From Candidatus Nitrosoabyssus spongiisocia (lineage in GTDB: Archaea > Thermoproteota > Nitrososphaeria > Nitrososphaerales > Nitrosopumilaceae), in NCBI GenBank assembly GCA_033471095.1, contig CP136752.1:1214316-1220215 (forward strand): 5,900 nucleotides of DNA, written 5' to 3'. Position numbers and translations under genes: made by a program. How positions within the stretch are numbered: the first letter of the stretch is position 1; each line of letters begins with the position of its first letter. The notes beneath the pieces are model-generated. The model worked only from the letters and a program-made list of their open reading frames with translations, did no database searches and was not told the DNA's origin. Shown piece by piece: positions 1-5,900 of the stretch.

Positions 1-725
1 TCCACTGGACCTTCTGCAGATGCGTCAGTAGCAATATAGAATATTACTTTGTTATCAAAATAACCCTTGTGACCTACAAATACAACATATCCTTCTTCAG
101 TATTTATCTCTAAAATTTGTCCGCCACCATATGATGTATCATCAGTTAGCGTCATGTTTTCTCTGATCTGCATTTGACCATCACTCCATTTTATAAATGG
201 ACAATTTACAACAAGTCCTGGAGCTTCAATTGATAATTTGCCGTTGTTAACTGCATCTAGAATCGCTTCTTCTGATTTTAACTCCTCTACACTTGCATCT
301 TCTGTCCAAGTGACAACATTGACATTCCATAATGGACTATACCCTTCATCTCCTGGTTCTGAATCTGCAACATTTGGTTGAAAACCAAGTGCTCCGATTC
401 CTTTGATTCCATTTGAAAATACATAAATTTCTGCTAGTGCAGATTCTGGTACACGTGCAAGTTCAGGTGTATATGTTACAGGAAATCCAGTAAAATTGTA
501 GAGATCATTTGCTATTTTTTCTATAGATGCCTCAGTTGAAATGTAAAATACTTCATTACCATCAACATAACCCATTGTTAGTGGTATGTAAATTGGGATA
601 TTTGCAGAATGATCTTCCATCATTTTATTGTGCATCATAGAGTCGTCATCTGGCGTTGCGCTTACTGAAACCGTAGATATGACAAATAATAGTGTGAAAA
701 GTGGTATTAATGCTAATTTATTCAT
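1..725 (-). CDS. Exported/secreted protein of unknown function, N-terminal 241 codons (3' end lies beyond the window start)
   Basis: Manual reverse-complement translation from ATG (725-723) runs 241 codons to the window edge with no stop: MNKLALIPLFTLLFVISTVSVSA|TPDDDSMMHNKMMEDHSANIPIYIPLTMGYVDGNEVFYISTEAS...GDEGYSPLWNVNVVTWTEDASVEELKSEEAILDAVNNGKL...HKGYFDNKVIFYIATDASAEGPV. The N-terminus looks like a Sec signal peptide (Lys at 3, hydrophobic core, VSA cleavage-type motif; coding 657-725). There is an internal duplication, GYVDGNEVFYISTEAS (525-572) versus GYFDNKVIFYIATDAS (18-65). No catalytic motif recognised. Missing from the ORF track only because it has no stop inside the window. Confidence 0.75.
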   Translation of the reverse strand, partial: MNKLALIPLFTLLFVISTVSVSATPDDDSMMHNKMMEDHSANIPIYIPLTMGYVDGNEVFYISTEASIEKIANDLYNFTGFPVTYTPELARVPESALAEIYVFSNGIKGIGALGFQPNVADSEPGDEGYSPLWNVNVVTWTEDASVEELKSEEAILDAVNNGKLSIEAPGLVVNCPFIKWSDGQMQIRENMTLTDDTSYGGGQILEINTEEGYVVFVGHKGYFDNKVIFYIATDASAEGPV

Positions 726-747
726 AAACTTAACAATCAATTTTCAC

Positions 748-760
748 ATATATACTTTTT
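748..760 (-). promoter_or_regulatory. Candidate archaeal BRE/TATA element for the minus-strand secreted-protein gene (leaderless-type geometry)
   Basis: On the minus strand the sequence reads AAAAAGTATATAT. The TATATAT part lies at -29..-23 and the A-rich part at -35..-30, counted from the A of the ATG at 725. A TATA box centred about 26 nt upstream of the start codon is the geometry expected for an archaeal leaderless mRNA. The background is very AT-rich, so a chance match is possible. Confidence 0.4.
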
Positions 761-847
761 GTAATTTTATTGTTAAATTTTAGAGTTTATGAGATTTATA
801 CAAGAATTATGATTTCTAATATGACAAATTTCAACGAAATATTTGTT

Positions 848-860
848 AAAAATATATATT
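848..860 (+). promoter_or_regulatory. Candidate BRE/TATA element for the uvrBAC operon
   Basis: The plus strand reads AAAAATATATATT, nearly the same word as the minus-strand element at 748-760. It lies about 60-73 nt upstream of the uvrB ATG (921). This would imply a leader of about 35-40 nt containing GGAG (906-909), a possible Shine-Dalgarno 11 nt before the ATG. No experimental TSS is available and the region is AT-rich, so this is weak. Confidence 0.3.
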
Positions 861-920
861 TTGATGAATAGATTAACATTTAGTTTTACTTTCTCTTAGT
901 AATATGGAGTCAGTTTTTTT

Positions 921-2828
921 ATGCATGCAATAAAAAAATTCGACCTGATATCTGATTTTAAACCAATTCCTGAACAAACTCGAGCCATTAATGATTTAAC
1001 AAAAGGACTTGGGAAACAAATGGTTCAGACTCTACTGGGTGTAACTGGTAGTGGTAAAACCTTTACTGTGGCAAACACTATATCTAATGTTGGGAAAAAC
1101 ACACTCATCATCTCACATAATAAAACACTTGCAGCTGAGCTATACACGGAACTGAAGAATTTTTTCCCCAACAATAATGTAGGATATTTTGTTAGTTATT
1201 ATGATTATTATCAACCCGAAGGTTATATTCCTCAAACTGATACGTATATAGAAAAAGATACTCAAATTAATGAAAAGATTGAAAAAATGAGATTAGAATC
1301 AACTGCGATGCTACTTTCTGGTGAACCTACAATCATTATTTCTACTGTATCCTGCATCTACTCACTTGGAAATCCTGTAGATTGGGAACAAATGTCTATA
1401 AAATTAAAACAAGGAGATGTCATAAAACGAAATGAACTTTTGATACAATTAATCACAGCTCGATATCAGAGAAATGATACTAATCTAGTACCTGGAAACT
1501 TTAGAGTAAGAGGCGATACTATAGACATCATACCTGCATACTCTCAAGATATTGTACGTGTGTCTATGTTTGGTGATGAGATTGAACGATTATCAATACT
1601 ACATCCTATCACAAACAAGGAGAAGAATAGAATAAATGAGATAAAATTATATCCTGCTAAACACTATCTCATCGATAAAGATGTACAAGAAAATGCTATT
1701 ATTTCAATAAAAAAAGAGCTTCAAGATAGATTAAAAGTACTAAGTGATTTAAAACGTGAAAGACTAGAGAGTAGAACAAAATATGATTTAGAGATGATAG
1801 AGGAGATGGGTTATTGCTCCGGTATTGAGAATTATTCGAGACATTTTGATGGTAGGGACTTGGGGGAACCCGCATTTTGTTTATTGGACTTTTTTGGTCA
1901 AGATTACATAATCATTATCGATGAATCGCATGTGACTTTACCACAACTTCATGCCATGTACAAGGGTGATCATTCTAGAAAAAAAGAATTGATAAATCAT
2001 GGATTTCGACTTCCCAGCGTGTATGATAACCGTCCATTAAAATTTGAAGAATTTGAAAAATATATAAAATCAAATACTATCTTTGTATCTGCCACACCAT
2101 CTGAGTATGAGCAAAAAAATTCTACAAAAATTGTACATCAAGTATTACGTCCTACTGGTCTGTTAGACCCCCCAATTCAGATTAGATCACGAGAGAATCA
2201 AATGGATGATTTGTTATTAGAAATCAAAAAATCTGTAAAGTGTGATCAACGTGTTTTAATCACTACTTTGACTAAAAGAATGGCTGAAGATTTGGCAGAA
2301 TATTTATCGAAAAAAAATATTGCAGTCCGTTACATGCATTCAGAAATTGACGGATTAGAGAGGACTGAAATAATCAGACAATTACGTTTGGGGGAATTTG
2401 ACGTTTTGGTTGGAATCAATCTACTTCGAGAGGGTCTAGATATGCCAGAGGTGGCACTTGTGGCAATTTTAGATGCCGATAAAGAAGGATTTTTACGCAA
2501 CTCTACTAGTCTAATTCAGACCTTTGGTAGGGCAGCTAGGAACAAACATGGTAGGGTCATAATGTATGCAGACACTAAAACTAAATCTATGAATATCGCA
2601 ATTGCCACTACAGATGCTAGGCGTAAAAAACAGATAGATTATAACAAAAAACATGGGATCACTCCCACTAGTATAATAAAACCAATTCCTGAACAACCAG
2701 ATAAAATCGCTTATGATATCAAAAGTAAAACTAATCATCAATTGGAAAAAGATATTATTGTAATGGAGAAGAAGATGAATAACGCTGCTGAAGAATTGGA
2801 CTTTGAGTTCAGCTATAAAATATCGTGA
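921..2828 (+). CDS. uvrB: Excinuclease ABC subunit B (UvrB), C-terminal UVR domain apparently truncated
   Basis: 635-aa ORF colinear from residue 1 with bacterial UvrB as I recall the E. coli protein. Matching elements: N-terminal FKPIPEQTRAI, Walker A GVTGSGKTF, beta-hairpin region FVSYYDYYQPEGYIP, EMGYCSGIENYSRHF, helicase motif II IIIDESHVT, RPTGLLDP, LTKRMAEDL, GINLLREGLDMPEVALVAILDADKEGFLR, motif VI QTFGRAARN. The start of the UVR domain is present as NAAEELDFE. It ends with TGA at 2826-2828, only 6 residues after the FE of the UVR motif (see findings). Confidence 0.95.
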   Translation: MHAIKKFDLISDFKPIPEQTRAINDLTKGLGKQMVQTLLGVTGSGKTFTVANTISNVGKNTLIISHNKTLAAELYTELKNFFPNNNVGYFVSYYDYYQPEGYIPQTDTYIEKDTQINEKIEKMRLESTAMLLSGEPTIIISTVSCIYSLGNPVDWEQMSIKLKQGDVIKRNELLIQLITARYQRNDTNLVPGNFRVRGDTIDIIPAYSQDIVRVSMFGDEIERLSILHPITNKEKNRINEIKLYPAKHYLIDKDVQENAIISIKKELQDRLKVLSDLKRERLESRTKYDLEMIEEMGYCSGIENYSRHFDGRDLGEPAFCLLDFFGQDYIIIIDESHVTLPQLHAMYKGDHSRKKELINHGFRLPSVYDNRPLKFEEFEKYIKSNTIFVSATPSEYEQKNSTKIVHQVLRPTGLLDPPIQIRSRENQMDDLLLEIKKSVKCDQRVLITTLTKRMAEDLAEYLSKKNIAVRYMHSEIDGLERTEIIRQLRLGEFDVLVGINLLREGLDMPEVALVAILDADKEGFLRNSTSLIQTFGRAARNKHGRVIMYADTKTKSMNIAIATTDARRKKQIDYNKKHGITPTSIIKPIPEQPDKIAYDIKSKTNHQLEKDIIVMEKKMNNAAEELDFEFSYKIS

Positions 2829-2866
2829 AGTATTAACAAAATTGAAAAAAGAGCTGTATATGAAAA

Positions 2867-3697
2867 TTGACTATAGAAAATTTAAAGATACGAGGGGCAA
2901 GACATCATAATCTTAAAAACATTGATCTAAACATACCAAAACACAAGCTAGTGGTAATAAGTGGAGTATCTGGTTCTGGTAAATCTACACTTGCTTTTGA
3001 TACCATATATGCTGAGGGACAACGCAGATACGTAGAATCGTTATCTGCATATGCACGACAATTTCTTGAGATTATGGATAAACCGGACGTGGACGTTATT
3101 GAGGGACTATCACCTGCCATTGCCATACAACAAAAAACAACTAGTAAAAACCCACGATCGACAGTTGGTACAACCACTGAAATCTATGATTATCTGCGAC
3201 TATTATTCTCCAGAGTAGGTATCCCGTTTTGCCCTAAATGTAGTAGAAAGATATCGAGTCAATCAATAGATACCATATGTAATTCTGTATTGAAAGAATT
3301 CACCTCTCAACAAGTGTTGATTCTATCCCCACTTGTACGTAGAAAAAAAGGCACACATGAAAAGATTTTTGAAAAAATTAAAAATGATGGTTATTCTCGT
3401 GTACGTGTAGACGGTTCAATACATCTTTTGGATGCGGATATGCCAAAATTAGATAAACAACTATGGCATGATATAGAAATTATAGTTGATAGAATCACCA
3501 TTCAAAAGTCAGAGCGCTCAAGACTCTTTGAGGCAATTGAGACAGGTGTAAATGCCTCCAATGGGGATGTAATCATTCATTCAGAGAAACATACCAATAT
3601 TTACTCAAAAAATAATGCCTGTCCTCACTGTGGAATAACAATCGGTGAGATGGAACCACGTGCATTTTCTTTCAACTCTCCATTTGGAATGTGTTAA
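2867..3697 (+). CDS. uvrA: UvrA N-terminal fragment as an ORF caller would report it (alternative description of the locus above)
   Basis: 276-aa ORF from TTG 2867 to TAA 3695-3697. It carries Walker A-I, the region corresponding to the UvrB-binding domain between CPKC and CPHCG, and ends on the first Cys of the next CxxC knuckle. Confidence 0.6.
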   Translation: [276 protein letters not shown]

Positions 3698-3838
3698 CAA
3701 TGTAATGGTATAGGGGCAAAATTTGAGTTTGAAGATGATCTAATCATTCCAAATCCTACAAAATCTATTCTTGATGGTGCGATTGCTCCAATATATCGAG
3801 CGTATGGATGGGAGAATCGTGAAGTTCTTAAAAGGATA

Positions 3839-5626
3839 ATGAGATCTTATAAAATTAAATCAAACGTTCCTATAGAAAATCTAACTGAACGACAATACTC
3901 ACTATTGTTGTATGGTAAATCCGACGTACAAGGATATGATACTGGAATTCTTCAACTCTTAAATTTATCATATCAAAGAGCGTCCACAAATATGAAAGAA
4001 TGGTATAGTCAATTCATGTCTTTTACCCCCTGCAGAAAATGTAAGGGGAAAAAATTACGTCCCGAATCACTAGCTGTACAAATTAATAAAAAGGGAATTA
4101 TAGATGTATGTGATTTACAGATAGATGACTGTGTACAGTTTTTTGATAATATAGTTTTAAATGATGTTGAAAAATTCATTGCAAAAGATGTCCTCAAAGA
4201 GATAACCTCAAGATTAGGATTTTTAAAAAATGTTGGATTGGGATATTTGTCTTTGAATAGACTTAGCTCAACTCTGTCTGGAGGTGAGGCTCAAAGGATA
4301 CGTCTTGCAACACAGATTGGCTCGAATCTTACAGGTGTGCTATACGTGCTAGATGAACCTACGATTGGATTGCATCAAAGAGATAATGCACGATTAATCA
4401 GTACATTGATAAAATTACGTGATCTCGATAATACCATAATTATTGTAGAGCACGATGAGGTAGTGATTAAAAACTCAGACTGGATTGTAGATATTGGACC
4501 TGGTGCTGGAATTCATGGTGGTAAGATTGTTTTTCAAGGTAAAGTCAAAGATATATCAAAATCAAATTCTATCACCGGCAAATATTTGAATAAAAAATTA
4601 TCCATTACTTTAAAGAGTAAGAAACGTACACAAAATGGATTTTTAGAGGTTAAAAATGCTCGTCAAAACAACCTGAAATGTATAGATGTCAAATTCCCAC
4701 TAGGCTTATTCATTTCAGTGACAGGGGTGTCTGGCTCTGGTAAATCCACACTTGTTAATGATATATTGTTAAATTCCCTGGAGAGTAAATTTTACTCTGT
4801 GAAGAAACGAATTGGTCTTCACACTCGAATAATCGGTACAGGAAATATAGACAAAGTAATATCCATTAATCAATCTCCCATAGGTAGAACCCCTAGATCA
4901 AATCCTGCCACATATGTGGGTGTGTTTACTCCAATTCGCACTCTCTTCTCTGAAACTGAATCTTCAAAAAAACGTGGCTATAAACCAGGTAGATTCTCAT
5001 TTAATGTCCCTGATGGCCGTTGTAGCGCATGTGAGGGCGATGGCGTTAAAAAGATAGAGATGCAATTTCTCTCTGATGTCTTTGTAAAATGCAGTGTATG
5101 TAATGGAAAACGATTCGACTCTGAAACACTATCTGTCAAATATAAAAGTAAAGACATCTCAGACATTTTAGACATGTCAGTAGAGGAGGCATTGAAGTTT
5201 TTTGAAAATATACCTTCAATTAAAAATAAATTACAAACAATTTATGATGTTGGTCTTGGATACATCAAACTTGGACAGTCCTCTATCACTCTATCTGGTG
5301 GTGAGGCACAACGCGTAAAACTGGCAACTGAATTATCCAAAACTCATACTGGAAAGACACTATACATCCTCGATGAGCCTACGACAGGCTTGCATTTCTC
5401 TGATGTACAATTATTACTAAACGTGTTGAATAGACTGTGTAATCTTGGCAATACGATAATTGTCATTGAACACAATATGGATGTGATTAGAAACTCGGAT
5501 TGGATAATTGATTTGGGTCCTGAAGGTGGTGATAAAGGAGGCCATATAGTCACTCAAGGTCCACCCTCGGATATCATAAAAAGTAAATCAAGTTATACTG
5601 CAGCATATTTAAAAGAATACTTATGA
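3839..5626 (+). CDS. uvrA: UvrA C-terminal fragment as an ORF caller would report it (UvrA homology actually begins at 3698, directly after the internal stop)
   Basis: 595-aa ORF from the first in-frame ATG after the TAA. The 47 codons 3698-3838 upstream are open, UvrA-like ([33 protein letters not shown]...) and contain no in-frame ATG/GTG/TTG. An independent start at 3839 would therefore drop conserved sequence. Confidence 0.5.
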   Translation: [595 protein letters not shown]

Positions 5627-5900
5627 AGTATAAATTTGACATATTAAAAAAAACAATACCAACTCAACCTGGTATTTATTTGATGAAAAACACTGCCAAG
5701 AAAATCATATATATCGGTAAGGCTAAAAATTTAAAAAAACGTGTTTGTTCATATTTTACAAAAAATCAAAATTACAAGACTGAAAAGCTGTTGGAAAATA
5801 TTGCAGATATTGAATACGTGTTGACAGACACTGAGAGTGAGGCATTTTTACTAGAATCAAATATGATAAAACGGTATCGACCAAAATACAACATAAATCT
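5623..5900 (+). CDS. uvrC: Excinuclease ABC subunit C (UvrC), N-terminal GIY-YIG nuclease domain, partial (continues beyond the window end)
   Basis: ATG 5623-5625 overlaps the uvrA TGA 5624-5626 (ATGA). Manual translation gives MKYKFDILKKTIPTQPGIYLMKNTAKKIIYIGKAKNLKKRVCSYFTKNQNYKTEKLLENIADIEYVLTDTESEAFLLESNMIKRYRPKYNIN with no stop to the window edge. This is colinear with the E. coli UvrC N-terminus (QPGVYRMYD...VIYVGKAKDLKKRLSSYF...[22 protein letters not shown], from memory). Absent from the ORF track because it has no stop in the window. Confidence 0.93.
   Translation, partial: MKYKFDILKKTIPTQPGIYLMKNTAKKIIYIGKAKNLKKRVCSYFTKNQNYKTEKLLENIADIEYVLTDTESEAFLLESNMIKRYRPKYNIN

Larger units (their letters stand above)
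2867..5626 (+). pseudogene. uvrA: Excinuclease ABC subunit A (UvrA), full-length locus interrupted by one in-frame TAA (3695-3697). Could be a pseudogene, a base-call error or a read-through candidate
   Basis: 2867 and 3839 are in the same frame, and the only stop in that frame between 2867 and the terminal TGA (5624-5626) is TAA 3695-3697. The 918 sense codons are colinear with bacterial UvrA. N-terminal half: [12 protein letters not shown], Walker A-I [9 protein letters not shown] (2963-2989), [38 protein letters not shown], Zn cysteines CPKC...CPHCG, [25 protein letters not shown]. First ABC motifs: signature-I [12 protein letters not shown], Walker B-I [12 protein letters not shown]. C-terminal half: Walker A-II [32 protein letters not shown]...CSVCNGKR, signature-II [12 protein letters not shown], Walker B-II [18 protein letters not shown]. 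The start is TTG because TGA at 2861-2863 closes the frame upstream. Confidence 0.85.

Noticed and set aside
787-830. Recurring TTATGA(N)ATTT-like words (787-797, 807-815, 819-830) as possible regulator binding sites
   Set aside because: The copies are short and degenerate with irregular spacing (20 and 12 bp) in very AT-rich sequence. This cannot be distinguished from chance without comparative data.
824-846. Small hairpin ACAAAT-N11-ATTTGT in the intergenic region
   Set aside because: The stem is only 6 bp and purely AT-rich, with an 11-nt loop, in roughly 80 percent A+T DNA. It is expected by chance and is not positioned as a terminator for either gene.
904-933. 9-codon ORF (MESVFLCMQ*) overlapping the uvrB start, as a possible upstream or leader ORF
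   Set aside because: It is too short and has no supporting signal. Its GGAG is more simply read as a ribosome-binding site for uvrB. Nothing suggests attenuation structure.
2511-2741. 76-aa antisense ORF inside uvrB
   Set aside because: It lies entirely within the strongly supported uvrB frame on the opposite strand. The composition is odd (Phe/Ile/Cys/Ser-rich) with no recognisable motif, start context or promoter. This is a typical shadow ORF.
2905-3177. 90-aa antisense ORF inside the uvrA 5' region
   Set aside because: It lies opposite the most conserved part of uvrA (Walker A-I through NPRSTVGT). It has no motifs or independent signals, so it is a shadow ORF.
3695-3697. TAA as a reassigned sense codon, or a selenocysteine/pyrrolysine site
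   Set aside because: Sec uses TGA and Pyl uses TAG, not TAA. If TAA were a sense codon in this AT-rich genome it should recur many times. It appears in frame only once across the roughly 1,900 codons of the four genes in this window. Both window genes that terminate cleanly use TGA, which is too small a sample to argue for an altered code.
3698-3838. Intein, intron or mobile insertion as the cause of the split uvrA
   Set aside because: There is no extra sequence. The translation is colinear with bacterial UvrA residue for residue across the break, and no endonuclease, transposase or repeat boundaries are present. The interruption is a single codon.
4009-4197. 62-aa antisense ORF inside uvrA
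   Set aside because: Shadow ORF opposite conserved uvrA coding sequence, with no supporting features.
4978-5175. 65-aa antisense ORF inside uvrA
   Set aside because: Shadow ORF opposite the CSACEGDG...CSVCNGKR zinc module of uvrA, with no supporting features.
5344-5553. 69-aa antisense ORF inside uvrA
   Set aside because: Shadow ORF opposite the Walker B-II/IVIEHN region of uvrA, with no supporting features.
1-5900. Whole-window scan for CRISPR repeats, tRNA/rRNA, IS elements, integrases, toxin-antitoxin or defence-island genes
   Set aside because: None found. Apart from the 195-bp promoter region and a 38-nt spacer, every base is accounted for by four conventional protein-coding genes. 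This is an ordinary housekeeping (DNA repair) locus rather than an accessory island.

Overview
Visibly AT-rich prokaryotic window, almost entirely a co-directional nucleotide-excision-repair cluster. It holds uvrB (921-2828), uvrA (2867-5626) and the 5' end of uvrC (5623 to window end, start overlapping the uvrA stop as ATGA). uvrA is one reading frame broken by a single in-frame TAA at 3695-3697, which is why the ORF track shows two pieces. Upstream and divergent is the 5' part of a gene for a signal-peptide-bearing protein of unknown function (725 down to 1). It is absent from the ORF track because it is open at the window edge. A 195-bp extremely AT-rich divergent promoter region separates it from uvrB and carries two near-identical A-rich/TATATAT elements resembling archaeal BRE/TATA boxes. 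Promoter geometry, AT richness and the compact uvrBAC block suggest a mesophilic archaeon (possibly Nitrosopumilus-like), but this cannot be verified without a database search. I see no rRNA/tRNA, CRISPR array, transposase, integrase, toxin-antitoxin or defence-like genes, and I cannot defend a new multi-gene system here. Five points deserve a second look: (1) a nonsense codon inside a zinc knuckle of an otherwise well-conserved uvrA; (2) a uvrB stop that truncates the C-terminal UVR domain while the missing helix is readable in the +1 frame just downstream; (3) the resulting picture of two lesions or recoding candidates in one NER operon; (4) the forced TTG start of uvrA; (5) the repeat-containing secreted protein.
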